From the human T2T-CHM13v2.0 reference genome, Homo sapiens: a stretch of 64,000 nucleotides of DNA. Shown here piece after piece: positions 31,422-54,805 of the stretch. Position 1 is the first letter of the stretch; every line of letters starts with the position of its first letter. Both the position numbers and the translations under genes were made by a program. The DNA is taken from NCBI RefSeq assembly GCF_009914755.1, contig NC_060931.1; one strand, written 5' to 3'. The notes below the pieces were generated by a model. That model was not told the DNA's origin. It was given only the letters and a program-made list of their open reading frames with translations, and ran no database searches.

Positions 31422-32962
31422 TACTTTAGGCTAGAATCAAAAACAAGTTAGTGTTCTATGGTTTAAATTAGCATAGCAATCATCGAACTTGGATTTCAAA
31501 TGCAATAGACATTGTGAAAGCTGGCATTTCAGAAGTATAGCTCTTTTCCTACCTGAACTCTTCCCTGGAGAAAAGATGTTGGCATTGCTGATTGTTTGGT
31601 TAAGCAATGTCCAGTGCTAGGATTATTTGCAGGTTTGGTTTTTTCTCATTTGTCTGTGGCATTGGAGAATATTCTCGGTTTAAACAGACTAATGACTTCC
31701 TTATTGTCCCTGATATTTTGACTATCTTACTATTGAGTGCTTCTGGAAATTCTTTGGAATAATTGATGACATCTATTTTCATCTGGGTTTAGTCTCAATT
31801 TTGGTTATCTTTGTGTTCCTCAAGCTCTTTAAAGAAAAAGATGTAATCGTTGTAACCTTTGTCTCATTCCTTAAATGATGCTTCCAAACATCTCCTTAGT
31901 GTCTGCAGGTGTTAGTGGTGTGCTAAAAGCAAGGAAAGCGAGTTAGTCTTTTCAGTGTCTTTTGCAATTCAATTCTTTTGTCATGTATAACTGAGACACA
32001 CAAACACAGCAGGAGAAATCTAAACCGTTGTGCCTTGACCTTCCTCTGCTGGTCTTGTTCCAGGGTTATGAATATGAAAAAATAGAGATGAGACTTTTTG
32101 TGTCAACTCTGTCCACAAGAGTGAGTTATCTAGTATGATTAGTATAGCTTTCTCCAGCATGGCAGCAGGAAGTAACTACAGGGCCTCTTTTATGCCTGAC
32201 ATTTCTTCCCTTCCTTTTTCCCTGCCTCCCTTTTTCATCAATTGCAATGCTCCCACAACTCTTTACAGACTTGTGAAATCTTCAAGAACACCTTTACTCT
32301 ATAACTCAAAAATTAGTTGAAAAATAATTACTTCTCAAGGATTATTAGAATCTTAGGTACTTATTTGTAAAGATGTTTAGTGACTTTTTTTTCAAGTATC
32401 TTATTAAAGGAGGCATTCTAGAAAATATGAATTAGTTTCCAAATGCCTTAATTTTAAACTTTGGCCTGAACAGTTTTTTCTTTTTCTTAATGGAAGAAGA
32501 TATTTAATATCTTAAAAATATTCCAAGTTAGGAAGAACACTACTTGCCTTATCCATTTCCCATTTAAAGGACTTTTAAACTTTGACACATCCTTCAGATT
32601 TCCTGAAAATAATTGAAATATCTTACTTTAAAAATATTTTCATCTCTGAAATATCTCGTTATTTATTGGAGGTATTGTTTAACCTTAGAGAGACCATTAA
32701 ATTATTTATAAAATATTTTGTAATTACCTGTAGCTAATACATTACATAGAAAAAAACTATGTTAACAGTGTCTCTGTTTAAGTATAATCAGATATAAATA
32801 TATACTTAATTTTTTAATTTTAAAAATAGATACCTGTTTGACTTTGAGGTAGTCCAGACCTTTTCTTTTTTTTTTTTTTTTTAATGTGTGCAAAAGCCCA
32901 AAGGTTCCTAAGCCTGGCTGCAAAGAAGAATCAACAGGGACACTTTTTAAAAACACTCTTAT

Positions 32963-33173
32963 CAGCCTGGGCAACACAGTGAGACTCCATCTCTTAAAAA
33001 AAAAATTAGCTGGGTATAGTGGTATGTGCCTGTAGTCCCAGGTACTCAGGAGGCTGAGGCAGGAGGATTGCCTGAGCCCAGGAGGTGGAAACTGCAGAGA
33101 GTCATGATCATGTCCTTACACTCCAGCCTGGATAACAGAGCGAGACCCTGTCTCAAAAAAATAAAATAAAAAA
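32963..33173 (+). mobile_element. 5'-truncated AluJ in the 3' UTR, nested in a MER5-like relic (~32900-33300)
   Basis: Right arm plus part of the left arm; TSD taaaaacac(t/c)ctt at 32948 and 33174. Confidence 0.85.
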
Positions 33174-33754
33174 TAAAAACACCCTTGCCTGCGCTCCATT
33201 CCCAGGTTATAATTTAATTACTGTGGGATGAGACCCAGACATCAATATTTTTCTAGATTCTTCAGGTGATTCTAATTCACAGCCAGAGTTGGAAGCCCTG
33301 CGTGGCCTTTGAAGGTCTAGATGATTCTTCTTCCTTGCCCTTTGAGCTTTTCCCCATCTCACAGGTATCTAGAAAAAAACTCCTCTTCTTTGGCAACCTG
33401 TCCTTTTAAAATCACACTCTACCCACCTGTACAGAAGACCATGCCCTATAATGAAATGTTTATTCCTATCTATAAATGGAGGATAAACATTTTGTGGCAC
33501 TTCTGGACCAACTATTCCCTACTATTCTTTTGAAGAAAGGCAGGAAGAGTACTTTCTAATTCAGAAGAGGATGTTTTCACTATTCTGATAAACAATAGCC
33601 AAGTTCAGACCTTGTACAGATTCTTTTTATTTGAATTGCTGAAATAATTTATTGATGATGAAAAAAAGATTAGAGAGGAATACATTTATATTTAGCTTAT
33701 TGGCACATGTGCATACATATTTCCTCTTCAAATGAACCAGTTCTTTCATTTCAT

Positions 33755-33897
33755 TATGCTAATATATATATATAACATATATATGCTAATATATATATAA
33801 CATATATATGCTAATATATATATATCACACATATATATCACAGTTTTATATATATATATGTATGTGTGTGTGTATATATATATATATATATCACAGT
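33755..33897 (+). repeat. Compound (TA)n/(TG)n repeat with a higher-order atatgctaatatatatataac unit
   Basis: Read directly. Confidence 0.9.
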
Positions 33898-34156
33898 TGG
33901 GCTTGATTCTTCCGTATTCCAAAGAGCATAATTTCAGTTCTATAGACTTATAGATAAATAAAAATCATCTTTGTGGGCTTCCTTCCTTTACTGTTCGCAG
34001 TGAATTACATGACGAACAACTTCTATACCTTTGAAAATGTTCTAGAACTAGAATCATCCTGCTACTGGGAACTACCCACAGCTCTATCTTCAATGCCAGG
34101 TGAAAACACAGATCACAAGTCAGATGAATCAGGCCAAAGCAACTTTTATGTATATC

Positions 34157-34325
34157 TAGGACTGGCGACATAATTTGCAGAGCCCAGTGAACAGTGAAAA
34201 TGCAGTCCCATCATTCAAAAATTATTAAGAAATTCGAGATGGCAACAGCAGTTGTCACACCAAGCACAGTGCCCTTCTGAGCATGAGGCTCTGTGTGACT
34301 GCATGGGTCCATGAGACCAGCACTG
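34157..34325 (-). mobile_element. MER45A-type hAT relic in the 3' UTR
   Basis: acataatttgcagagcccagtg...ttcaaaaattattaagaa...gcccttctgagc matches the recalled consensus in reverse. Confidence 0.75.
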
Positions 34326-34882
34326 TGTGGGTCTGAATGATGGCTTTGGTGTTCAGTTTAGCACACGCGGTCTACCACGTCTGCATGAGTGGTAAATGTA
34401 GTGCCTGGGTCAAAATGTTCCTTCTGTTCAAATCGAAATACCTCATCTCTATGGCTCTATGGCTGTACATTAGGACCTAGAACAGTGGCCCATTGCTCTT
34501 AGACTGGAACCATGTCCACTAAAATAAACCTAAGCAGATGTTGTAGACCTAGCCCCACAGGACTGCATTTAGCTGCTTCAGTGACACTTTGATGAAAGTA
34601 TGGAGAAGTGGAGACATTATAGATAAAATATATCAATTCCCAGAGAAAACTCTTGACTTAAAAACTTAACTGTAGTAAATATATCTTTTTCAGGTGATGA
34701 ATTATTTTTTTAAAAAAGGTTACATATAGGAATTCTGCAGTATAATTTGGAGGCTATTAGTGCTATATTAATGGAAATTAATTATTTTTTAAGTAAGTCC
34801 AAAAAATAATCTAGAAAGTAAGTTTCCAGAGCAAATCTGACCTAGCATTTGGTATGCTAGGCTCTGCTTTTCATGATTTTGA

Positions 34883-35015
34883 AATAAATCATAATTAGAC
34901 TTAACAATATGGAGAAAATAAACTTGTATTTTTAAGTGTTCTGTTGGCTTATTTTCTGTTTCATCCAACTCAATAATTCTGATAAATAAATTTGGTTCTA
35001 GTTTGGTGCTTGTCT
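34883..35015 (+). terminator. Candidate distal polyadenylation region
   Basis: AATAAA at 34883, 34917 and 34985; downstream tttggttctagtttggtgcttgtctg is GT-rich. Confidence 0.6.
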
Positions 35016-35034
35016 GCATAGTCTCAAAGATTCA

Positions 35035-35381
<347 letters not shown>

Positions 35382-35523
35382 TCACTATTGAGGGCCCACC
35401 ACCTACCAGACACTGCACTAAGTACTGGGGATTCAAATACGGAGCAAGATTGACCTAGTCCCAGTCTTTACCATGTTTATAATATGTTAGCGATAGCTGA
35501 TACTTCATAATGGGTGCATGTTT

Positions 35524-35920
35524 GTTGTGGGTTGAACTTTGTCCCCCAAAAAGATATGTTGAAGTCTCAACCCTGGTGCCTGTGAATGTAACCTTATTTG
35601 GAAATAGTTTCCAAATAAGGTTATAACAGATATAATCAAGTTAAGGCAAAGTTATGAGAGTGGCCCCAACCCAAGTAACATCCAAGGTGAGTACCATGTG
35701 ATGGAGGCAGAGATGCATCTACAAGCCAGGGAACAACCTGGGGCAACTAGCAGCTGGAAAAGGCAAGGAAGGATCCGCCCCTAGAAGCCTCCAAGGGCTC
35801 ATGCCCTGCCAGTGCTTTGATTTTGGACTTCTAGCCTCTGGAAGTAAAAGAATATGTTTCTATTGTTTTAAGCCACCAGTTTGTGGCACTTTGTTATGGA
35901 TCTCTAGGGAACTAAAATAG
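35524..35920 (+). mobile_element. MLT1 (MaLR) solo LTR
   Basis: tgttgtgggttgaac...gtcccccaaaaagatatgttgaagtc start; ttttaagccaccagtttgtggcactttgtta end. Confidence 0.85.
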
Positions 35921-36734
35921 TGTCAGTACCCAAAAATTTTGTGGAGGCTTTTATTTTTTAGTAGGGGGATCACAGAGTTTATGTAAATACATCTCTTTTC
36001 TGCTGTTAACAAAAAGATTTAATTGCATGCAAAATATGTGAAGGGCTAATATTCTTAATATATAAAAAGGTCTAATAATTCAATAAGTAAAAGATAAATA
36101 CCTTATCAAAAAATAATTCACAAGAAAAGAAATATGTGTGGCCAATAAACATATGACAGCAGACCCCAAGTCATGATTGATTAAACAAATGCAAATTAAA
36201 GTAAGTTTATTTTCCCTATCAGCTTAGTAAAGACTGGTAAAGTCCAGAGCGAGTACTAATTTTAGAGAAAGGGCACTCTATCAAACTGTTGAAAGCAGTG
36301 CAAGTTGGGAAATTCATGCATGGCATTTTGACAAAACATCAAAATCAAGGTATCTATTCTCTGACCCAGCAAGTCCACATTTAAGAATTTATCCTTTAGA
36401 AATTATTGCACAAGTGTGGGAAGACTTATGGTCAAAAATAAGTTGTCAACATTCTTTATAATAACCAAATTTCAAAATAGCCTAAAAGTCCTTCAGTAGG
36501 AGACTGAAATTACATTGAAATTACATCCATACAGTGGACTCACAATGAAGCCTTTGAAAAGATAAATTAGATCAAAATGTATTGAGATCTATGTAGATAT
36601 CTATGACATACTGAGGAGTGAAAAAGGTGGTTACAGGACTGTATTATGCTCCGATTATATTTGAGTTAAAATGTAGGCTTATATATGCATGAAAAGGCTG
36701 GGAGGATGTATTTACACCACACTGTTAATAGTAA

Positions 36735-37025
<291 letters not shown>

Positions 37026-39569
37026 AATAGTGATTTTTTTTCTTTTTTACCTCACATTTATTTTTTTCCATTGAGTTTTAGGAAATGACTTTATATTATT
37101 TGAATTTATAAGGGGAAAAAGTTATATCTTTTCATTTTGAAAAACAACACAGTCTGCATAATAATTATATCCTTTAGCTTACATCATGACTCATTTAAAG
37201 CTCAGAAAATTTGGTTTCTCAAAGGAAAAAAAATTATGTGAAGTCAATAATTATTAAGTAGTGGCATCAAAGCTATTGTCAGAACTTCTTGGTGTAAAAA
37301 TGTCCATGTAAAAGTTTCCTGCTTTACCAGCCACACCTGGTTTTGATCTGTTGTACTGCTAAGGCTGGCCTTGATTTCTCCCCTAAAATAGCAATGCTTT
37401 TGGAGAAGGGCCTCTAAGGATGTTGTCTATTAATCAGTGAGGGATGCCTTGGCTCGTGCAGCTCTTCTCAGATCTGCAGACCTCATGCAGCCAGTTGGCC
37501 ATGCGGAGCTCTCTAGCTCACATCTGAGGTCCCCCTTGGAGGTGCAGACAGCCTCATTTTCACTTCTCATGAATGTCAGATTCTTTTCTAAGCATTTGCT
37601 CATTAGTATGAGTAAAGCTCATTGCCTGCTGCTTGGGTAAGAATTTTCTCTCTGGGGCTGGACTCTGAGTCTGCATCCATAATGCACTTGGCATCTGTCT
37701 TGGGGACCGTAATGGGGCACAGGGATATACCAAGGAACACAGAGTCCATTTGCAGCACCTCAGTGGCGATTCTCTACCTCTCACAGCAGATGGACAGCCA
37801 TCTGAGAAGTTTTATACTCGGAGAATCAAACTCAGAATCTTTTGATTACACGTAAAAGTTAAAATGGGTCCTTACTACCTGGCAGAGATCCACCCATCAT
37901 TATCACCACTGTGTGCAAGGTCTGTAGCTACACAGCACCTCCCATCACCAGAGATGTGTATGGTGGCCAAAGCTATGCTGGTCCCCAGCACCCTCCACTC
38001 TGCACCTCTCCTTTGCATCACTAAGCACCCTGTTCTACAAAAACAACAACAACAACAATAACAAAAACAGAAAAAAAAAACAGCCCTGTTACTACTGAGG
38101 GCTTCCTCCGGTCAAATCCCATGGCCACACATCACTGCCAAATCCCTGACCTCTCCCAGGATCTGCTCTCCCCAATCTATGGTTCAGAGAAGACAGTTCC
38201 TCATTTTTGAAGCAACTCCTTGCTCAGGCACTACCTGCTTAAAGTGGCAGGGCACATTCTACAGGCTTTCAGCAGGTAGATGGATTTGATTACTTTAATC
38301 TGTGCAGATTTAAAGGAGTATGAGACTCGTGAGATCCTGGAGAAAACTCAGAGTGAGCATGTGTGGCTGTGGACACAAGGTGACCTTAAGCCAGCAATTC
38401 GGGGATAATCTATTTTAGAGCCTGAGCAAGACACTGCAAGGGCAGTTAATAGGTAAGATAGAAGTAAAGAGTGGTTTAGGTGGCTTTGGCATTAGATCAT
38501 TTCAAATTCAAGTACCAATTGTCACTTGAACAAGCTGCCAAGTTTCAGCCCTCTCCTCTGTAAACTAGGGAGGACAGTATAGTACCTGCTTTACAGAATT
38601 ACTGTGCTGATTAATTGAAATAATGAAAGTGAAGCATTAAGTAGAATTCTGGCCAAGAGTTACTGCTCAATAAGTGATCACTATCATTTCTATATTCTTT
38701 TTAAAGAAGGATAAAAAATCTCAAGAAATTAAAGCCAAAAGTTCAATGGCATCACCCTTGGAGTGTGACTTTTAGGAGTACTTTAAATGATGAAAATCTT
38801 AACAATTTTCTAAGTACAGTATCTTCTCAGTAGGACTTCAAAGGAAAAATAATTTCCATTCTCTGTCAACATCAGATACCAAGGAATCTTCTAAATAGCA
38901 ACCTTCTCTGATGAGTTATTCTAATCAATGCAAATTAGTTCCTGGGTCTGGGCTTAAAGAAAATTAGAGAAGCTAGAATCAATTGACAATGCTACCAACT
39001 CCCATTTGCTTTTTGAATCAGCTTTATGGAACATTGCATGAATAACTTTCACCAATTTTAAATGTAGAATTTGAGGAGTTTTAATAAATACATAAACCCA
39101 TGCACCTACCACTATGTTCAAGATAAAGAACAATTCCATCACGCCAGAAAGTTCTCTCATACCTCTTTGCAGCCAATTCTAACCCCTAAGAACCACTGAA
39201 TTGCTTTCTATCACTATAGTTTTGCATTTTCTAGGATTTTATATAAATGGAATCCTACAATATGTGGTCTTTTGTGCCCAGCTTCTTTCACATAGCATAA
39301 TGCTTTTGAGATTCATCTATGTTGCCTAAATAAAACATAATTTAGGAAGGCTCAGTTTCTGGACAGATTTGCTGCAGTTCATTCTAGAGCCAAATGCCAA
39401 GTTTCATTTTTAATTGTCTGCTGTGTATGATTATCCGTACCAGTGGCTCCTGCTCCATTTTAGAGTATTAAGAGACCTCATTATTATTACATTACCTTGT
39501 TGCTATTTATACAAGATATTAATAGTAGGTGATAAGAAGCTTTCATTTCAGAGGCTTTATTTTCTCGGA

Positions 39570-39898
<329 letters not shown>

Positions 39899-40019
39899 TA
39901 GGAATAGAACACATTCTTCACTACTGCTAAAAAAAAAAAAATCCCCTCACAGGGCCAGCAGACAGAAGAGCACAGGAACACTTGAAGTCAGCAGAGAACC
40001 TTAAAGAGAACTTGTGGAG

Positions 40020-40172
40020 CAGTTTCTCAAACTTCACCATGTACATGTATCACCTGGGGTTGCAGACTCTGATTCCACAGGTCTAGGGTGGGCTCTTAGG
40101 TTCTGCATTTCCAACAAGCTCCCAGGTGAAGCCAATGCTGGCAGTCCCCAGGCCACACTTTGCATAGCAAGG
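40020..40172. mobile_element. MER5A-type hAT relic
   Basis: cagtttctcaaactt...ctgcatttccaacaagctcccaggtga...ccacactttg. Confidence 0.75.
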
Positions 40173-40387
40173 CTCTGTAGGACATAGAGGCAGATTCAGT
40201 GAATGAGGAAAGTCAAATCAACAAGAGGGCTGAAAATATGTACCAATCTGTGTTGCGCAATACTTCTCAGAGACATGAATTGTCATCATACATGATGAAC
40301 TACACACATACATGCATCATCAATCTCTTTTTTCAAATGGTGCCTCAATTTTCTCAGCCATAAAAGAGGCCTGATAATACCTAGCTC

Positions 40388-40905
40388 TGTGGGAGGTAGA
40401 CCCCTAATATGGTCCTCATGATCTTAGCCTCCTGGTTCTCATGCCTTTGCGTGATCCCCTTCCTTTGAGTATGAACTGGACCTGTCAACTTGCTTCTAAC
40501 AAATAAAACATGACAAAGGCGGTACAATTTCACTTCCAAGATTAGGTTATAAAAAGCCTGTCACTTTCACCTTGCAGGCATTCTCTAGCTCTCTTTTGAA
40601 CCTGCTCAGCTTGATGGAGGCCCTTGCCATGTAGTGAGATGCTCTGTAGAAAGATCTATGTGGCAAGGAACCCAGGGAGGTCTCCAGCCAACAGCTCGTG
40701 AGGAATAGAATTCTGCCAGCACCCGCACTGGTGAGTCGGGGTGGGTATCCTTTCAAGTCAAGCCTTGGGAGAGACCCAGAGCTATATCATCCTGCTAAGC
40801 CATCCCTGGATTCCTGACCTATGGAAACTATGAGATAATAAATACTGTGGTTTTAGGCCACCAAGTTTGGGGATAATTTGTTATGTGGCAATAGATAACT
40901 AATAC
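40388..40905 (+). mobile_element. MLT1-family solo LTR
   Basis: Ends ttttaggccaccaagtttggggataatttgttatgtggcaatagataactaataca. Confidence 0.8.
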
Positions 40906-41205
40906 ATTTCAGAGTTTTCATGAAGATTAAAGAAGACAAACACATTAATGTATGGGTAAGAACTTAGCATAGCGCCTAGCACATGGGAGTTACTTGATGG
41001 TGTCAGTTAAATCTAAAAACAGCCAAGTCACAAACATCACCAGTACTTGTAAACAGCACCTGCAGCCAGTAAACTAAGGATAATCCATGTGTATAAAGTT
41101 TGCTAGTTTCCCCTTGTCAAGAAACTTTCAGACCCAAAAGTCTGACTAATACAAATAAGTAAAAAGAAACAACTAAATGTCCACAGGTGTGTTACATATA
41201 TGTAG

Positions 41206-41540
<335 letters not shown>

Positions 41541-41611
41541 AAAATGTAAGATTGTTTTTTTTCCCCCTAGATCTTGGAGCAAGATCAAGTGCCCCAGCAG
41601 GTACTCAGGCA

Positions 41612-41629
41612 ATGATGATGATGATGATA

Positions 41630-41662
<33 letters not shown>
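41612..41662 (+). repeat. (ATG)n trinucleotide microsatellite with one interruption
   Basis: Read directly. Confidence 0.95.
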
Positions 41663-43110
41663 GTGGAAGGGAAGCTCCCACTCAGCTGTGTTTTGTAAAA
41701 TGATGATCCCACTTTTTCTTCTCATTTCCCCTCTCCTAACTTCTAGTTTATTCAAAGAAGCAAGTTCAATCGCAAGCATCAAGCTAAATGGAAACTATCA
41801 AGAAACATTTAAGGGAAGTCAGTCCCAGGCTTAAAGCTGCTACTCTCTTAATAGCAATAACAGCCATTCATCCTCAGCTAGAAAGAAAGAAAAGGATCAG
41901 CATTCAGACAGCTCTTGCAGAAGCCCTCAAAAGGCCTGAATGATTGTTAGCCATGCTTTTGCTTCTGCCTTCATTTAGATTTTAGCAAACACTGCCACAG
42001 ATCACTCAGAGGTAGCTAAAACTGGCTAGGGTGGCTAATAAGATGTTGCCGAGAGCTGGAGTGAAGTCACAGATGAGAGCATTGAAACCAGTGGTTGAAA
42101 CTGGCTCAGTACCACCAAAACCTCTACGAAAATCACTGTGAAAGCCTCTAAAACCAAATCCACATTCAGCAGACATTTATTCAGCGTCGATTATGCATGT
42201 GGCCCTCACCCATACTAGATCATCCTGTGGAAACAAAAATAAGTCAGGCACTGTCTGGTGGAGGGAACAGGCTCATGCACACTTGACTATAATAGAAGAA
42301 AATCTGTGATAAATCATGATCTACTGATGCCCACTCTGTTCTAGGCTTGAGCATGGGGGCAGGAATATAAACAAGACCTCTTGACTAGGAACACAAGACA
42401 GATTGTGATGTGTTATATTCAAGGTATAAATAAAGAGCTCTTACAAAGGTGGTAAGAGCTTTTCCAACTAAGGGACCAGGAAAGGCCTTCTAGAGAAAGT
42501 AACATTTGAGGTAGGTCTTGAGGTATGACTAGGATCTCAACGTGTGGGTCAGAGCATTCCAAATGGGGTGAGAGTGAGAGCAGCAAGACAAAGACAGCAA
42601 GGGGTGAACATGCAAGGTGAGTCAAGAAATACCAGTAGAGCACTATGGCAGGAAAGCCAGCTTAATGCTGAAAAGTAGAAGCAAAGGTTACAAGGACCTT
42701 GAAACTGAGGAGAGGAGGCTGGATTTATTCTGCATGTAATAGAAAGGCATTAATAACTGTTAAGAACAATAGTGATATGGCCATTCGTTAGTAAGAACAC
42801 TTTAGGTGGCTAGTAACTGAAACCTAATTCAAATTGGCTTAAGCAACAAAGAATGTATTGGTTCATTTAACTGGGAAGTTCAAAGATGCATCTGGCTTCA
42901 GGCTCAACTGATGCCAAGGAATAAAATGATGTCATCTCTTGGCTCTACTTTCCTCTTCTTGATTTCTTTCTCAAGGGAGTTCTTTCCAAAGATGTGGCAA
43001 AGATGGCAAATCAAATCAGCTTAAGGCTTAATCCTAATAGCTTAGCCTCTCTTGGGAGAAGAGATTGCTTCTTCCCCAATAGTTCCATCAAGATCCTGGA
43101 CTGAGTCTCA

Positions 43111-43780
<670 letters not shown>

Positions 43781-44838
43781 TCACATAGAGTGTCTAGTGA
43801 TCAAAAGAGAAGTAGATTTCGGAATCGTCTTTGTAATAAATATGATCTGGGGGGGCATATGGTACAAAGTCAAAACTTGATTTCTTCTATATAGCATGCT
43901 TCTACCCATGTTAACTAAGTTCAGGTGACCTTAATGGGTTATCATGGTTTACCGGATATCAGAACAAGCACAACCTAAGACAACTTGGGTTGAAGTCAGA
44001 CAAACATTATATACACAGGTCTACTGAAAGAAAAAAAAAATTATTCTTTCATATTACCTGTGGATTTACATTTCTCTTCAATTTCCTTTAAAAAGAAATG
44101 ACTTAAATTTCAACACTAGGATTATAAAATCCATAGCCATATATGTGACATAAGAACTCTATTCTGTGTATTACTACCATAGCCCAAAATGGAAGAATGC
44201 AGGATTCTCTTTTCATCAAGAAAGTACTAGAAGCAGATGGGATGGGGAGAGAATCTGGGACATGGGGAGTCCTGGGTCCACCCTGGGGCAAGACATGCCA
44301 GCCTCCTGGCTTCCTGATTCTTATCTGGACAAAGAAGAAGTAGAGCTGGACTTTGCCAAAGGTCCCTTTCTTGTCTACCATTTTATGATCCTAAACCCAA
44401 AAGTTCCCCAAACCTGGGAGTTTCCTTCACAGGGAAAACTTTGAATCTCCCTGACTCTGTTTCCCTAGCCAACCTGCTCTGTGTCAGTTCTACAAAAAGC
44501 CCTATGGTCACTGTCATCAAAAAAATATAATACCACATGGTTGGGAAGCAGCATTCCTGGATAGGTCACCAGCCACCTCCAGTGTGAAGAGCATGGCCAC
44601 AGTCATGCCACCCACCCCTCAGATGGCCAGGGCAGGAGGAAGCCGCCATTGCAGTCCTATAATGTAGAACATGGAGCACAGCACAGCTTAGTTCAGAAAT
44701 GGCAGGCCCAACAACCAGCAAGCCCTGCCCATTTGGAAAGAAATGGGGTAAAGGATGGTTCTAGCAAAGCTCAATGTTTTTATGAGGGGCCTTTTGGTTG
44801 GAAATAATGGAAAATCACTCTCATGAAGAACAAAGATG

Positions 44839-51039
<6,201 letters not shown>

Positions 51040-51482
51040 AAGAACGAAGTTGAATTTGTTTTGAGGATATCAATCTGTCTCACAAAATCTTGCAACAGAG
51101 AGTACACCCAGGCTTCCCAGGCAAAGAAACAGGAACTAGAGAGCCAACACAAGTTCTTCCAATCTCTCTTTTCTCTCTCTCCCTTCCTCTGCTGTATCTT
51201 TCTCTGTGTGGACTCTAATCTCTTTCTCTCTCCCTGCATATCAGCTTTCCTTCTTTGAGTGAGTAGGTGGTTAAGCATGGATGCCTCTCAGCTCTCCTCT
51301 GATTTGATTACCTAGTTTAAACTTCCAGAATCTTTTGTTCGACTTCAAATGGCATTGGCTGAGCTTTGGTCAAGAGTCCACATCACGGCCCATCAGTTAT
51401 GATCAGGGATGTGGGATCGCATGGGGGAGACAGGGCTGCTGGGATCTACCCCTATGACACTGGAAATATGGCAGACCAAGTA

Positions 51483-51705
51483 TAGTTGACCCTTGAATAA
51501 CATGGGTTTGAATTGCATGGGGCCACTTATATGCAGCTTTTTTTCAACAAAACAGTACTCACAAATGCAAAACCCCATATACAGAAGGCTGACTCCTCAT
51601 GTATCCAGGTTCTGCAAGGCTGATTGTAGAACTTGAACATGTACAAATTTTGTTTTATGCAGGGGGTCCTGGAACCAAACTCCTGCAGGTACCAAGGGAT
51701 GGCTA
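51483..51705 (-). mobile_element. MER8 (TcMar-Tigger) relic
   Basis: agttgacccttgaataacatgggtttgaa...gggggtcctggaaccaa. Confidence 0.8.
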
Positions 51706-51819
51706 TATCTCAAACTCTTTGGTCATTAATGCAGATATGTAGATATAGAAATATTTCAGCCTAATTTTCTGTAATTTTCTTATTCAAATATTTATTTGCA
51801 TATTAAAAAATGTACATCA

Positions 51820-52096
51820 GATGGCTCATGCCAGTAATCCCAATACTTTGGTAGGCAGAGGCAAGTGGATTGCTTGAGCCCAGGAGTTTGAGATCAAACT
51901 GGGCAACATAGTAAGACCCTGTCTCTACAAAATATTTCTAATAATTAGCTGATTATGGTGGTGCACAACTGTGGTCCCAGCTACTCAGGAGGCCAAGGTA
52001 GGAGGATCACTTACGCCCAGGAGGCTGAGGGTGTAGTGAGCTGTGATCACCACTGTACTCTAGTTTGTGTGACAGAGTGAGGCCTTGTCTAAAAAA
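51820..52096 (+). mobile_element. AluJ-type SINE
   Basis: TSD aaaaaatgtacatca on both sides. Confidence 0.88.
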
Positions 52097-52124
52097 AAAA
52101 AATGTACATCAAGATATTCTCTGG

Positions 52125-53491
<1,367 letters not shown>

Positions 53492-54440
53492 AACACATTC
53501 TCTGGTATTCACGTTTTCTGCATAGCCTAGGTACATAGGGTCTCCCTGGGAAGACACCACTGCTCAAACTGAACATCACTATCATTCATTAATAGCCATC
53601 ACAACCACACGAAAGAAAAGCAATTCAACTAACAGAAGTTAAACCTCCTTTCTTTCACCCCTTAAGTGAACTCAGGTCATTAGTTCTCCCCAGTGGAGTA
53701 TGCAGCTGACATTTAGTGAAGGAAGCATAAAAATGATTTCTGGGTATGTGGGTGTGTTTCATGCAAACGCTTTTCTTCAGCAGCTTCTGACTTCAAATGA
53801 GAACTCCAGGCACTAGCAGGCATGTTTAGTGCTTAATAAATTTCAGAAAAGAAGAATAGAAGTTATATGGTTTCCCTGGAAACCTTTTCTAAAGAGCTTG
53901 CACATGCACCTTCTCAAGAAGCAGGTGCTGCAGCTTGAGGACTCTTCCCTGTCCTAGGCTATCCACTAAAGGGTCAAGGCCAGGGTTCCTCAGTTGCAGC
54001 TCCAGGAACAGTGGTTGGGCTTATTTCGCTTAAGGTTATTTAATGTCAAGTCTCTCTTTAGCAGCTTGTTCAGTGAGAAAAACATGCTCAGGTAGCTTTT
54101 GACATCTTTTGAAGGATTTGCAAGTTCTGGCTTATCAAAGAGAAGCAGAGGAAGTCCTATAGTGTATATCAGAATGGGTGATGAGGATTTCTCAGGGAAC
54201 AAGAGGAGATTGCTTACTGATTATTAAAAATTATTTGAATCTGAATTCTCAATGCAGTCGTGTTCAGACCTCATTGCAGATTAGAATAAAAGTAACCTGG
54301 AAAAGGGCAGGTCTCTCAGGGCCTTTTCCAATAGCTGTGACCTTACAGAGTCTTGGGTAAGGTAAGAAAGAGAGAGAGAGAGACAGGAGGGAGTGAGGGA
54401 GGGAGGAAGAGAGACAAAGAAAAGAGAAGAAAAGAAAGAG

Positions 54441-54805
54441 GGCTGAGTGTGGCGGCTCACAGCTGTAATCCCAGCACTTTGGGAGGTCGAGGCAGGCAGA
54501 TCACTTGAGGTCAGGAGTTCGAGACCAGCCCGGCCAACATAGTGAAACCCTGTCTCTACCAAAAAGTACAAAAATTAGCCGGGCTTGGTGGTACATACCT
54601 GTAGTCCCAGCTACTCAGGAGACTGAGGTAGGAGAATTGCTTGAACCTGGGAGGGAGGTTGCAGTGAGCCAAGCTTGTACCACTCCACTCCAGCTTGGGT
54701 GACAGAGCGAGACCCTGTCTGAAACAAAGAAAGAAAAGAAAAGAAAAGAAAAGAAAGAAGAAAAGAAGAGAAGAGAAGAGGAAAGAGAGAGAAAGGGAGG
54801 GAGGG
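54441..54805 (+). mobile_element. AluS-type SINE with (GAAAA)n tail in a purine-rich tract
   Basis: Full dimer, GA-rich on both sides. Confidence 0.9.

Larger units (their letters stand above)
31422..35010 (+). other. PIK3CG: PIK3CG 3' UTR (end approximate)
   Basis: Follows the stop codon. The end is inferred from an AATAAA cluster followed by GT/T-rich sequence. Confidence 0.65.
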
